DNA of 64,000 nt from a virus, in IMG/VR virus record IMGVR_UViG_3300037961_004224, positions 62,254 to 126,253 of that record; one strand, given 5' to 3'. Numbering within the stretch: the first letter of the stretch is position 1; the number at the start of each line of letters is the position of its first letter. The translations under genes and the position numbers were made by a program. The notes beneath the pieces were generated by a model. That model had not been told where the DNA came from and searched no databases. It worked only from the letters and a program-made list of their open reading frames with translations. Positions 22,114 to 32,222 of this stretch are shown piece by piece.

Positions 22114-22123
22114 AATTATTCCT

Positions 22124-23185
22124 TTACTTTTTAAATCTGTCAGCCATTTGTTTCATGGCTTGAGATTGAAGTTCCCTTTGGACATCCGGTAGTTCGTGTT
22201 CATCTAACCTACCTTTTTTCTGAAGAGCATCAGACCTCTGTCTCATTCTTATTCTTTCGTTTAAATCATTTACTCCTCTTATTTTTTCTGCTTCTGACTT
22301 GCTTGATGCAACAACAAACATTTCTCCAGCACCACCATTTTTATTGACACCCTTTGTATCAAGAATATCATCAAGCTCTTTTTTACTTCTTTCTTTTTCA
22401 GACTTCCTTCTTTGTTTTGCAAACCATCCGTCAAGCATGTCGTCATCTTTTATAACATCATCACTTGGTCTTTCTGGATGCTCATATACATTATCATACA
22501 TTTTAGAATACATTAAAAGTGCATTTTGATCACTAGAGTGTCCATCGGTTTCAGAAAAAATTTCAGTTCCATAAATAGACCATCTACTTCTAAATGGTTC
22601 TGATCTTGCTATTTCTCTTTGCTCCTCTGGAGTTATTATATTGCTCGTAAGAAAGTTTAGAAATCTTTGAAGCACATAATTATCAATTTTTGACCAATTT
22701 TCATAAGAATATACAAATTTGCCATTTGTGTCTCTTATCGTAGTAGCTATCAAGAACTCGTCTCTTGCGTTTTCAGCGTGACTTTCTAAAGTAATATGAT
22801 CTAGTGAATATTTTTTTATAATACTTTTATTTATACCAGATCTTACTGAACTTATTCTTCTACGAAGATTCTTCTTTTCTTTATCTTTGTAAAGAGCATC
22901 ATACAATTGAATTTTAAGATCTTCTAAATATTTATTTAGCTTTTCTAACTCTTGATCATTTTGAGGAGTCCAGATCCCCTTTGAAGCAAGAAAATTTTTT
23001 GCTTGATTTCTAGTGATAAGCTCACTATATTTAGAGTTGTCTAGAGTTTCTCTATAGACAAGTTCAGACAATGCCCTTTGCTGTATTGTGGGCATAGATG
23101 TGTGATACAGGGTATTTTTTATATTAAGATATACAATCCCTGTTGTAATCCTATTTATGATGGAATTCTTTTTGTCGTCATCCAT
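22124..23185 (-). CDS. Putative tail assembly chaperone-like protein, 353 aa
   Basis: Lies between the tube gene and the TMP; helical and charged. Confidence 0.45.
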   Translation of the reverse strand: MDDDKKNSIINRITTGIVYLNIKNTLYHTSMPTIQQRALSELVYRETLDNSKYSELITRNQAKNFLASKGIWTPQNDQELEKLNKYLEDLKIQLYDALYKDKEKKNLRRRISSVRSGINKSIIKKYSLDHITLESHAENARDEFLIATTIRDTNGKFVYSYENWSKIDNYVLQRFLNFLTSNIITPEEQREIARSEPFRSRWSIYGTEIFSETDGHSSDQNALLMYSKMYDNVYEHPERPSDDVIKDDDMLDGWFAKQRRKSEKERSKKELDDILDTKGVNKNGGAGEMFVVASSKSEAEKIRGVNDLNERIRMRQRSDALQKKGRLDEHELPDVQRELQSQAMKQMADRFKK

Positions 23186-23206
23186 ATCCTAAGTCCTAAA
23201 ACTAAT

Positions 23207-23234
23207 CGGGGGAAAGATTTCTCCCTCCCCCGAA
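23207..23234 (-). terminator. Hairpin / probable terminator after the major tail gene
   Basis: TCGGGGGA…TCCCCCGA inverted repeat just downstream of the 23253 stop. Confidence 0.5.
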
Positions 23235-23252
23235 GAGTAATAATAATCTAAA

Positions 23253-24431
23253 TTATGCAGTGCCTTGAGCAGTAGCACCAAGATAATTTTTTCTTGCTGC
23301 CCACCAAGTTTGGCCTTGTGCATTAAAGTCATCACCTGAGTGAAGAACAGTAAAGTCGTTAAACGTTGTGTAAGAATATGTCACAGTAACGTTTCCTCCA
23401 CCGGCATCACCTCCTCCATAGGAAACGGAAGCAAGTTTGTTCTTTTCACCAAGATAAATTCTAGTACCTTCACAAGTAGCGATACGAATCTTTCTATCTG
23501 CAAGGTTGTCTGGAGTTGCACAAAGTGCGGCATTACCACAATCGTCAAGTGCATTAACCAAGTCACCAGAGATCGAAGTCACTTCGATGTCACATGTAAC
23601 CTCAATTGGGAATGTGACAGCCTTGTAATAAGGGCTTCTAGCACCAAGCTCAAAAACTTCTTCACGAGCCAAGTCGGTAGATACCGAAATGGATGCAACG
23701 TGAACAAGACCAGATTTTACACCACTATTGCTAACGCCAAAAATATCAGCAGGAAGAATAGTATAATCTGCATCTTTTGCTCTTGCAACAGTATCTGCAA
23801 AGAACATGTTTTCTCTACGGTTTACACCACCAGAACCAATCGGTGCATCATTGTTGTCTTGGAAGTTTCCAGAAACTCCAGATGTTGCCCAAGAAGCATT
23901 ACAAGTTTGACCAAGAGCATCTTTATTGTTATATGTACTCCATAGTTTGTTATTTCCAGCCAAGGTAATATCTTCCGAGAAGTTATCATCAAGAGGGAAG
24001 TTATAACCAAAACTGTTTACAGCCATACCTGACATTTCAACAAACAACGGTGGAACACCGCTAACCCCCTCTTGCGTTTCAGGCCAAATACCTAATTGAA
24101 CACCACATTCTGCTGGTGCTCTTTTTGCAAGAGATGGGCCGGTAAGGTCTGCACCCAACTTGTCCGTAGATGTAGCAAGACACCAAAGCAACGGATAACC
24201 GTCAAGAACTTTAGACATCGTTACTTCAACACTCGGAATACCTTCAATGTTTTCATATATAGCCAATTGACCCAGTTCAAAAGCTTGTTCAAGATTGAAC
24301 GTTGTAGTGATTCCGATAGACTGAACACCATGAGCTTCTCTAGCGGCACTAGCACCAGAACCTGCTCCTGACTTCGGCTTTCGGAATGCTACCTGCTGCA
24401 CTGGGTAGTAAATTCTATTATTAGCAGCCAT
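23253..24431 (-). CDS. Major tail tube protein, 392 aa
   Basis: Position after the neck/terminator genes and before the chaperones and TMP; motifs (GVQSIGITTTFNLEQAFELGQLAIYE, SISVSTDLAREEVFELG) typical of tube proteins. Confidence 0.75.
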   Translation of the reverse strand: MAANNRIYYPVQQVAFRKPKSGAGSGASAAREAHGVQSIGITTTFNLEQAFELGQLAIYENIEGIPSVEVTMSKVLDGYPLLWCLATSTDKLGADLTGPSLAKRAPAECGVQLGIWPETQEGVSGVPPLFVEMSGMAVNSFGYNFPLDDNFSEDITLAGNNKLWSTYNNKDALGQTCNASWATSGVSGNFQDNNDAPIGSGGVNRRENMFFADTVARAKDADYTILPADIFGVSNSGVKSGLVHVASISVSTDLAREEVFELGARSPYYKAVTFPIEVTCDIEVTSISGDLVNALDDCGNAALCATPDNLADRKIRIATCEGTRIYLGEKNKLASVSYGGGDAGGGNVTVTYSYTTFNDFTVLHSGDDFNAQGQTWWAARKNYLGATAQGTA

Positions 24432-24507
24432 TTTAATTTTTCTCCTAAAATTGAAAAAGTATTGTATTACCTTTTTTCTAAAAGAGAATACACCATTTTT
24501 ACTAAGT

Positions 24508-25464
24508 TTAAGACATTACAATCTCAAAAGTGGCCCTTACAGTTCCTCTGTGAAACCTGCTGTTTGGAGAGGACATTTCTGTAACAGCCATATTATAATA
24601 TCTAGCCATTTTAAATTTATAAGAATTGACTAGATCTGGGTACATTAATGCTGAACTATTACGCATTCCTCTATGATCTAAAGGATAACCAGTTACATTA
24701 GCCACTTCATTATTATCATACAACCAAATTGTTCTATCTTTTTCCAGCGATATTACATCAATTAACTGATTTCTCCACCATCTAGATTCTGATAAAATAT
24801 GAAATAAAACGTCCTGATATACGAAATTTCCAACTGTTCCCATCTCGTATGGTTGAAAAGTTCTTCTGGGAACGGCTTCAACAACCACTGCTGGTAATTG
24901 AACCCTATGATTGGATAGAATCTGCCAATTGCCAGATCCAGTATCGTATATTGTGGGATCATCCACCCTTAACGAATCATATTGAAGTTGGTCCCACCAA
25001 GGGGCTTGATCTGCAATATAAGTTTGAACATTTCTGTAAGAATATTTTAACTGAACATTACTCGTTTGAGGTATAGCAGAGTTAAAAACAACACGACCCA
25101 ATGGATAATTATAGTGATGTCCATAACTAGCATCACCAGTTCCATAAAATGTACCGCCTACATTAACGCCTGTTAAGTTGTTGGGTTGAGTATCATAATA
25201 TATTCCTGTCTCCCAAACCCAGTCCTTGCGTGGTCCTTCCCAAACCTGACCTAAAGTATATGATGGATCGTTGACAAGTCGCAGTTTGTCAAATGTTCCA
25301 CCATAAGCTCCAGATGTAGGTATTGAGACATTACTAAAAGCTCCAACACCTAATAACCCCCAATCTAAATAAGTTTTTAAATTACTCTCTAGTTGGGACG
25401 TTAATAACGTCTTACCTATTTGAGTAACATGCTTATTTAAACGTGTGTAATCACTATTGGACAT
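24508..25464 (-). CDS. Putative tail terminator / completion protein, 318 aa
   Basis: Directly upstream of the tube gene; C-terminal LPAVVVE…DVLFHIL segment resembles terminator proteins. Confidence 0.55.
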   Translation of the reverse strand: MSNSDYTRLNKHVTQIGKTLLTSQLESNLKTYLDWGLLGVGAFSNVSIPTSGAYGGTFDKLRLVNDPSYTLGQVWEGPRKDWVWETGIYYDTQPNNLTGVNVGGTFYGTGDASYGHHYNYPLGRVVFNSAIPQTSNVQLKYSYRNVQTYIADQAPWWDQLQYDSLRVDDPTIYDTGSGNWQILSNHRVQLPAVVVEAVPRRTFQPYEMGTVGNFVYQDVLFHILSESRWWRNQLIDVISLEKDRTIWLYDNNEVANVTGYPLDHRGMRNSSALMYPDLVNSYKFKMARYYNMAVTEMSSPNSRFHRGTVRATFEIVMS

Positions 25465-26094
25465 TTAGAATCCCCTTTTTATTTCTGCGTCCATAACTTG
25501 ATCAATTGTCTTTTTAATATCAGACAATGACCTAGTTGCAAAATTATCTGTAGCTGTGCCCGCATGTTGCGTAGGAATCTGCCAGCCACCTCTTGATTTT
25601 ACCATGATTCCTAATCCAGTTCTACCAGCATTAGATGCCTTAAATTCGTAACCAGCAACTATTATCGAATTGCTTTCAAGAAGCAACCAACGTAGCCATT
25701 CAATAATACCGCTTCCTCTACTACTACTATAAGCAAAAGATGCTTCCGGTAAAGACAATACATCAGAATAATCTGATCTTATCATTCCTATTTTTATAAC
25801 CCCTAAAGAGTTATTTGATTCATATGTAACTTGTATACCTTTAGCCCAAGTGTTTAGAATGTTGTCTAATCCACTCGTACTTTGTATTCCAAGCTCGCCT
25901 CTTAAAATTGAGTTTTGTAATTCTATCCAAGTATTTGAAGATGCTATAGATTGAACCAACTCTTGTTCAAGTCTTGATTTAGTTCTCTCAAGTATCTTGG
26001 GAATTTTTGTTTTTATTATTTTTTTTAATTCTTTGTTAATATTAGAATTAAATTGTTTTTGAAAATTTGGTAGTGTGATTTTTGCTTCAATCAT
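25465..26094 (-). CDS. Putative neck / tail completion protein (~209 aa)
   Basis: Synteny; the ATG at 26094 overlaps the upstream stop and is preferred over the track start at 26118. Confidence 0.5.
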   Translation of the reverse strand: MIEAKITLPNFQKQFNSNINKELKKIIKTKIPKILERTKSRLEQELVQSIASSNTWIELQNSILRGELGIQSTSGLDNILNTWAKGIQVTYESNNSLGVIKIGMIRSDYSDVLSLPEASFAYSSSRGSGIIEWLRWLLLESNSIIVAGYEFKASNAGRTGLGIMVKSRGGWQIPTQHAGTATDNFATRSLSDIKKTIDQVMDAEIKRGF

Positions 26095-26612
26095 TATCCA
26101 GACCTTTTCCAAATGCATTCTGCAAATTCGCTGTTAAACCCACACAACTGAGGTTCAGAAATTCTTTCATATCTGTACCTCCCATATGAGCCTAGATCTG
26201 TATTTACTACTATTTCTTTAGCTCTAACTAGTTTTGGAATATTATTTGAAAAAGTCATTGTTTGTATACTGCCTTCTGGATTATTGACAGTTCCAGCATT
26301 CATGAATTGCTTTTCATCCCATATAACCATTAATTTTATATCTTCTGTAGTTTCAATTGGTTTTTTACCATTTCCATTACACATAGGGCATATGCTACCA
26401 AAAGGAAACGGAATTGGCCCTCCATCTTGAAACCGATTTGATGATTTTTGACCAATTGGATCATAAACACAATTAGTGCAATCTTGATATTTTGTTACTC
26501 CATAATAAATTTTACATGGAACAGTAAGTGCATCATCATACAACAATGCAGATATAGCATCTTTAAAAAGTGATTTAAAATCGCTGCTGATTATTCCTGA
26601 AAAATTATTCAT
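26094..26612 (-). CDS. Putative head closure / stopper protein with two CxxC motifs, 172 aa
   Basis: Synteny; motifs CTNC and CPMCNGNG. Confidence 0.55.
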   Translation of the reverse strand: MNNFSGIISSDFKSLFKDAISALLYDDALTVPCKIYYGVTKYQDCTNCVYDPIGQKSSNRFQDGGPIPFPFGSICPMCNGNGKKPIETTEDIKLMVIWDEKQFMNAGTVNNPEGSIQTMTFSNNIPKLVRAKEIVVNTDLGSYGRYRYERISEPQLCGFNSEFAECIWKRSG

Positions 26613-26628
26613 TTAAGTATTCTTTAAA

Positions 26629-26853
26629 TTAAGACTGACAAGGAGCACAACCAGTAAATCTAGTATTGTATTTTGAATTTATAGTTCCAGTAGTTGGAAG
26701 GTTTGAAACGTAAGTATCAATAGTATATTGCGTTCCACCCCAGCCAGATGCAGCAGGGATCGTTCCGCTTAATGAACCTGCGGGTGCTGCGGATACTATA
26801 GTACCTTCTTTGTGAGTAGTACCCGGACCTTTGGGTTGATATATAATAGGCAT
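26629..26853 (-). CDS. Small virion-region protein, 74 aa, ending CAPCQS
   Basis: ORF track; RBS GGAG. Confidence 0.6.
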   Translation of the reverse strand: MPIIYQPKGPGTTHKEGTIVSAAPAGSLSGTIPAASGWGGTQYTIDTYVSNLPTTGTINSKYNTRFTGCAPCQS

Positions 26854-26874
26854 TTTATTATCTCCAGTTTAAAT

Positions 26875-27408
26875 TTAATAATTGTAATTACTTCTTCGGC
26901 CTTGACCTGAATCTTGTCCCATAGGTGGGTGATAATCATTAGAAACAAAAGGAGACATGACAGCAGTTATAATCTTTTTTCCTTCATAACTGAAGTTGTA
27001 TCCATCTTTTAATTCATCATATACCTTACAAGGACCATTTGTTAGTAGCTCTTTTAGATATTGCCCATATGAATTTGTCTCAAGTACAGCAGGACCACAC
27101 CTTGCTTTTACACCTTGCAGCAAAGCGGAGTTTCTAAAATTTCCTTCATCTGCAATGCAAGCTGCTTTTAAAACCATAAAATTAATAAATTCGGGACCGT
27201 CATCTTTAGAGATAGGGTCTGGGCTTATTGTGTTCTTTTCAACATCAACAATATATGTACTGTTAAAGTTTATATCTATTGGTAGAAAGTAAGCCGCAGT
27301 TATCAATAAATTTTCTAACCTATTGTTTGTATATTTAGTCTCTCCACAACCAGCATCATTGAGCATGGTTCTGAGCATAATCAAGCTTGTATTTTGCCAA
27401 GTTGCCAT
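26875..27408 (-). CDS. Putative head-tail adaptor, 177 aa
   Basis: N-terminal helix LRTMLND…YTNNRLENLL resembles connector/adaptor proteins; synteny. Confidence 0.55.
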   Translation of the reverse strand: MATWQNTSLIMLRTMLNDAGCGETKYTNNRLENLLITAAYFLPIDINFNSTYIVDVEKNTISPDPISKDDGPEFINFMVLKAACIADEGNFRNSALLQGVKARCGPAVLETNSYGQYLKELLTNGPCKVYDELKDGYNFSYEGKKIITAVMSPFVSNDYHPPMGQDSGQGRRSNYNY

Positions 27409-27412
27409 TTTT

Positions 27413-27733
27413 CTACCTATCAGTTAATTTGAGTATACCGTCACCCTCTAGAATTTGACCATCCGATGTGGTCACAGTTATTTCTATTCTATATTTATTA
27501 CCAGCAGTACCTGACTCAATCCATAATTGAATCTTACTATTGGTAGAATTTCCGGTTACAATAGCTGTACTACTTATAGTTAAATCAGAAGTACCACCAT
27601 CAATAGTTTCGGAGGCAACTGAATTTATGCTAGAAATAGTTTCGCTACTCGAAAGCAAACTCGAAAATTCCATAGAGAATCTTCTTTTCTCTGATGGTTG
27701 TTTACAAAGTTCTTGTTTAGCAGTTACACCCAT
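27413..27733 (-). CDS. Ig-like virion structural protein, 106 aa
   Basis: Motif KQPSEKRRFSMEF…WIESGTAGNKYRIEITVTTSDGQILE; beta-sandwich pattern. Confidence 0.6.
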   Translation of the reverse strand: MGVTAKQELCKQPSEKRRFSMEFSSLLSSSETISSINSVASETIDGGTSDLTISSTAIVTGNSTNSKIQLWIESGTAGNKYRIEITVTTSDGQILEGDGILKLTDR

Positions 27734-27791
27734 TATACACTCCCAATTTAGAATACACTATTATATTCATTTTTGTTATAAATATTAAACT

Positions 27792-28538
27792 CTATAAAGA
27801 TTGTCCATTTACCGATATTTCGTAAAAGCTACTTTTTATTCTTTCAGTTCCTGCATTCAAAGTAAGTTTTAACCAAATACCTTGATACGAATTTGAAACG
27901 ATTGGCTCACTTAATCCACTAGGTCCAGCACCATAATTAGTAACACCAGTTGGTGCGACTGTCCTGTTTGATGTTGATTCGTTGTATTTTTGAGATTTTT
28001 CTAATCCAAAATTTACTATATTATATAATCCGCTATTAACTTCAGTAACGCTGACACCAGAGAACATATTAACAAGATTATTATTTTTTATAAATATTTT
28101 TTCATATAACTCTTTATTAGCACCGCCAGTACTATTGGCTGTAGCGTTGTAAAATGGTTTTAAAAAGCCACTTTCATGTGGAAATATTTTACCTATACCA
28201 GAATTACTTGAAGATTCTTGAATAGATATCTCACCGCTTGCAAAATAATCAGTGGAACATACAAGTATCGTATCAAATATTTGAGTGCCAACAACAGCGT
28301 TCGTCCCACTTAATTTAATTGTGTCTGTTCTTATAATTCCTACTGTATCTCTTCCTGTTATGTTTAAATTACCAGTATCATTAGAATTGTTACTAAAAGC
28401 AGATATTTTACCATATCCAGCAATGTCTGTAAATACAACCCTCACTCCACTATTTATTTCACCACCAGTTGTGGATGAATCACTTTGTGGCATATTTTGA
28501 CTTGCATACAATACTATATCTGAATCTGTAATTGACAT
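27792..28538 (-). CDS. Virion structural protein (~248 aa)
   Basis: ORF track; ATG at 28538 coupled to the upstream stop; Ser/Gly/Thr/Asn-rich. Confidence 0.6.
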   Translation of the reverse strand: MSITDSDIVLYASQNMPQSDSSTTGGEINSGVRVVFTDIAGYGKISAFSNNSNDTGNLNITGRDTVGIIRTDTIKLSGTNAVVGTQIFDTILVCSTDYFASGEISIQESSSNSGIGKIFPHESGFLKPFYNATANSTGGANKELYEKIFIKNNNLVNMFSGVSVTEVNSGLYNIVNFGLEKSQKYNESTSNRTVAPTGVTNYGAGPSGLSEPIVSNSYQGIWLKLTLNAGTERIKSSFYEISVNGQSL

Positions 28539-28756
28539 TATAAACTCCACTCAGTGCTTCGTATATCTAATACCCAATTTGATTCACGTTCATCCAAAAT
28601 CCAGTCTGCACTCCGTATTGACAATATCCAATCCAAAGTCTTCATATCGGGGTTCACATCTTCCTGAACCTCTATTGGTATTTTAAACAATAGATCTAAA
28701 GTGTCTAGACCAAATGATGAAATTGGATTACTGGAAATAGGTTCAAAACCAAGCAT
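28538..28756 (-). CDS. Small virion-region protein, 72 aa (MLGFEPISSNPISS…)
   Basis: ORF track; two internal W[I/V]Lx[I/E]RS/E repeats. Confidence 0.6.
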   Translation of the reverse strand: MLGFEPISSNPISSFGLDTLDLLFKIPIEVQEDVNPDMKTLDWILSIRSADWILDERESNWVLDIRSTEWSL

Positions 28757-28766
28757 GTTTTTTCCT

Positions 28767-30059
28767 TTAGGATGCAGCGTTGGATCTTACTCCAACTTGT
28801 AAAGAGTTAATATCACTCGTTGTCCAAGCCACGTTTGTCGCAGGATTATAATTTTGAATTTCTTGTCGAATTGTATAAGTACTATCTAAATTAATTCCAG
28901 AACCAGCATGAACAATACCAGTAGCTTCAAGTCCAGAACCATTTGTAACTTGAACAAAATCCATGTTACCGCTTGCAGTTTGCCATCTAGCTTGAGTAAA
29001 ATGTCTTACTCCATTAACACTTGTCATGGTTCCTATACTTGTCATATCAAAAACACCACTGACTGGCCTGATACCACTAACAAAAGTTGTTCCATTATCT
29101 ATTTTTCTTAAAATCCCTGTCACACTAGACCCAGCACCTATTCCAAAATTTTGAAAATTTCCAGTCCCATTAACTGGTAAATATTGGACTCTAGATGTGG
29201 AGCCTATATAATCATTATTAAATCCACCGGATGTAGTCAAAAGATATATATCATCATAAAAAGTGCCAAATGCAGTTTTTTGTGTATCGCCCCCAGTGGA
29301 AGAGAAGATTCCCGGAGACATTATGATTTCTCTGATATTATTACACTGATTGTTAGAATAGCTTGCACCGCCTACACTTATTTCAACCGTATCATCCATT
29401 TTCACTTCAAAAGTATAATTTTTAGATGAATTAACAGTACATTTTATTTCTATTGTTTGCCAATCGTTTGTTTTTACATCTGTACTACCAGTTCCTAAAA
29501 TCGAACCTATGTAAGTCGTTTTTAAATAGTTTTTTTGCTTGCCGCTAGGAGCATCAGTACCATCTTCAAACACATTTGCATAAGTTGCACTTGAATGATT
29601 GGGAACATACAATATTAATTTTTTTGATGAATTTACGCCAAGTATAAATAGCGGGTCTCCAGAACTATCAACAACTGAAATAATTCCATTGCTACTATTA
29701 CCATCAACAGTTTTTTTATAACTAAATCCAAGAATAAATGATTCAATATCGAACTGTCTTGATATTGGCATTCGTGTCCATGTGCCTGTATTACCTGTGT
29801 AGCTGGTTACAACTCCATCCTCGGTCCTAGCTCTTCTAGCAGTATGCTGTTTAAAATAAAGCTTTAAGGCTCCACCAGAATCATATCTCCCTGAAGCTGG
29901 TGCAAATTCTGTTATTGGGTCAGGATCAACAGTATATGTATCCGAATGTGGAGAGTTAGCTAATGCTTTCTTGGCTTGAAAAGCCATATCTAAACCAGCA
30001 TATCCAGCTATAGTTGTTCCTGTAACCGCATCAAAACCCTCTATATGTATTAATGACAT
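28767..30059 (-). CDS. Concanavalin/LamG-like virion protein, 430 aa
   Basis: Starts MSLIHIEGFD; beta-rich; contains WQTIEIK and FYDDIYLL segments and ends WTTSDINSLQVGV. Confidence 0.55.
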   Translation of the reverse strand: MSLIHIEGFDAVTGTTIAGYAGLDMAFQAKKALANSPHSDTYTVDPDPITEFAPASGRYDSGGALKLYFKQHTARRARTEDGVVTSYTGNTGTWTRMPISRQFDIESFILGFSYKKTVDGNSSNGIISVVDSSGDPLFILGVNSSKKLILYVPNHSSATYANVFEDGTDAPSGKQKNYLKTTYIGSILGTGSTDVKTNDWQTIEIKCTVNSSKNYTFEVKMDDTVEISVGGASYSNNQCNNIREIIMSPGIFSSTGGDTQKTAFGTFYDDIYLLTTSGGFNNDYIGSTSRVQYLPVNGTGNFQNFGIGAGSSVTGILRKIDNGTTFVSGIRPVSGVFDMTSIGTMTSVNGVRHFTQARWQTASGNMDFVQVTNGSGLEATGIVHAGSGINLDSTYTIRQEIQNYNPATNVAWTTSDINSLQVGVRSNAAS

Positions 30060-30688
30060 TATTGAGTCTCCATCAAATTTTTAATTTTATGTATGTCTCT
30101 TCCTAAATATGTGCCCAATGACACCCTCTCTGTTTCAGTATAAATAGAGTGCCACAAAGGTGAAAAATTATCTCTTATATAAAAAAATCTAAAGTTCCAC
30201 CCCTGATTCTCTTTGCAGTCTACCAAGTTACCTGAATCGTCTTCATATCTAAAATAAGCTAAAGCGTTCTCTGAACAATATGTACAATAAAGTCTCCAAC
30301 CAAACCTTGCATTATTGTGCCAGCCCATATATCCATTTTTAGGATACAACATTCTTCCACTTTGAGAAGGAACGCTACCTTCCAAATCAGAATTAGAAAC
30401 AACAAACGACGATATCGCATTAAAAAACCGAAGTGAAGTTTCATCGCTTAATTGTTTTGTTGTTTTTTTTGTTGAAGAATTATTAGAGTCCACATAAGTT
30501 GTTTGCTTGAGCCTAAAACTTTCTTTAACCTTCTTCAAAAAATCAAGACTTGTGTAATATTCATTGTCTTCATGTTCTACCTCAGAATTGCATAATACAT
30601 CATCCTCTACAAGTATATTTGATAATATAGTAGATAATTGTTGTTTGTAACAATCTTTTAAATCGTATGCAGTTCTTTCTAAAATCAT
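30059..30688 (-). CDS. DSBH-fold 2OG-Fe(II) oxygenase-like protein (~209 aa)
   Basis: SGRMLYPKNGYMGWHNN…GWRLYCTY…GWNFRFF…LWHSIYTETERVSLG. The ATG at 30688 overlaps the upstream TGA; the track start is 30754. Confidence 0.6.
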   Translation of the reverse strand: MILERTAYDLKDCYKQQLSTILSNILVEDDVLCNSEVEHEDNEYYTSLDFLKKVKESFRLKQTTYVDSNNSSTKKTTKQLSDETSLRFFNAISSFVVSNSDLEGSVPSQSGRMLYPKNGYMGWHNNARFGWRLYCTYCSENALAYFRYEDDSGNLVDCKENQGWNFRFFYIRDNFSPLWHSIYTETERVSLGTYLGRDIHKIKNLMETQ

Positions 30689-31338
30689 GCCCTCAAGCCT
30701 CTCCAGTTCATACAAATATTTTGACAAACATCTATACCAAGCATTATATTCCACTCAAAAGCATATGTTTCACTTTTTCTGCCATGATAAAATGGAGTAT
30801 TAGAGTCATGTGGTATTTTATAAAGTCTATAATTGAATTTTGAATTGTGCTTTGATACTTTAACTTGTTTGTTGTCTGACTCATAAAATATAAAGTCAAA
30901 TTTATCTAAATCTTGAACCCAGCAAATATTTAATATCCAAGAACCTTCAAATTGTGGCGTTCTATGAAAACCATAAATTCCTTGAGGAACATGCATGTTA
31001 CATCCAAAAAATGATTGAGCACAAGATAGTGGTCCTTGACTAGTATTAAAATAATTTAAATATTTTTGATAGCCAAGCTCTGCCAAGTTATTTATTGATT
31101 CAAACTCTTCTGTTGATGGCATTCTGGTCATAGGAACCGCTTGACCACCACTGTCCATTAACGCCTGTAAAGAATCCATAGAAAATTCACTATCAACGTC
31201 ATAGTTTTCAGGTAAGTCTAGACAATTATCGTATTGAGACAAGTCCCCTAAAGATTCTATATTGTTTTGAATTTCTTGTTCTATGTTGGAAAATACTTCA
31301 GTATTTTTTACGTAAAACGCTCCGGGATTTTGACTCAT
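30685..31338 (-). CDS. Second DSBH oxygenase-like paralog, 217 aa
   Basis: GCNMHVPQGIYGFHRT…WILNICW…FYHGRKSETYAF aligns by eye with the neighbouring gene. Confidence 0.45.
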   Translation of the reverse strand: MSQNPGAFYVKNTEVFSNIEQEIQNNIESLGDLSQYDNCLDLPENYDVDSEFSMDSLQALMDSGGQAVPMTRMPSTEEFESINNLAELGYQKYLNYFNTSQGPLSCAQSFFGCNMHVPQGIYGFHRTPQFEGSWILNICWVQDLDKFDFIFYESDNKQVKVSKHNSKFNYRLYKIPHDSNTPFYHGRKSETYAFEWNIMLGIDVCQNICMNWRGLRA

Positions 31339-32222
31339 ATGAATTTCTCCTTATTGTGTGAATAATCTTTTTGATCTATTATTCTTAAATCAGCAAGATC
31401 CCAACAACCTTTTAATTTTATTTCTTTTTTATAGTAATCTTTTTTGTTTATAGTTATCAATCTACAATTTCTTGTTGATCTATTTGACACACCGATTACA
31501 TGAAAATTTTCTGTTGAAGCATAGCCTCTTATAAAATCATTATAATCATTTGTAACCAATACTCTAGAATAATCTTCTCTAACTATTGAATGTGTTTTTC
31601 CAGTATCTAAAGTTGAAACATGTCCTTTATCTATAAATACACAATGTGCTAAAAACGCATTAAATTTTTGTCTTTTTATAATTTTTAAGTTTAAATCGCA
31701 TTTTAAATATTCGCTTGCTTTTTTCATCCAATTATGAAGTAATATATATAAAAAGTTTCCATCGTAATGAAGGCTATTGATGTGGTTCACATCCATTTCT
31801 CTAAAATGAACAGGCTCTTTAGGCTCTACTCTTTTCTGTTTTTCTGGATCAAATAATTTCTCTACCTTTTCAGTTTTTATATCAAAAACGTTTATTGCAT
31901 TGACTGTTGTATCTGCTGAATATATTTTACCGTTAATTTCTAATATTTGATGTGGGTTTCCATAAAAAATGTCATAATGTTTTACTTGATTAAGATTTTT
32001 ATCAAACTTAATTAAATTGGTTCTGTTTGCAACAAATAAATTTTCATTGTTCCAAGTCAATCCGAATGGTCGATGCTTGTGGTACTCCTCCCTGCCACAA
32101 ACCTTATCTTTTCTAATATCAACATAAAATCCATAATCTTTTTTTTCTAAAGTTTCTGTATCAATAATTGAAAATTGATTACATTTACCTTTTGGATCAA
32201 CTGGAGTATATGCTACTTTCAT
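31335..32222 (-). CDS. Beta-propeller protein, 295 aa
   Basis: Repeated blade motifs (PFGLTW, NPHQI, NHINSL, AHCVF, FIRGYA). Confidence 0.55.
   Translation of the reverse strand: MKVAYTPVDPKGKCNQFSIIDTETLEKKDYGFYVDIRKDKVCGREEYHKHRPFGLTWNNENLFVANRTNLIKFDKNLNQVKHYDIFYGNPHQILEINGKIYSADTTVNAINVFDIKTEKVEKLFDPEKQKRVEPKEPVHFREMDVNHINSLHYDGNFLYILLHNWMKKASEYLKCDLNLKIIKRQKFNAFLAHCVFIDKGHVSTLDTGKTHSIVREDYSRVLVTNDYNDFIRGYASTENFHVIGVSNRSTRNCRLITINKKDYYKKEIKLKGCWDLADLRIIDQKDYSHNKEKFI

Noticed and set aside
20872-23185. Programmed -1 frameshift between tail chaperone genes
   Set aside because: The genes are separated by stops with their own RBS, and no convincing slippery heptamer was seen at a gene end.
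23188-23198. Half-site CCTAAGTCCTA resembling the palindrome arm
   Set aside because: It has no second arm. On the minus strand it is the RBS region (AGGA) of the 353-aa gene.
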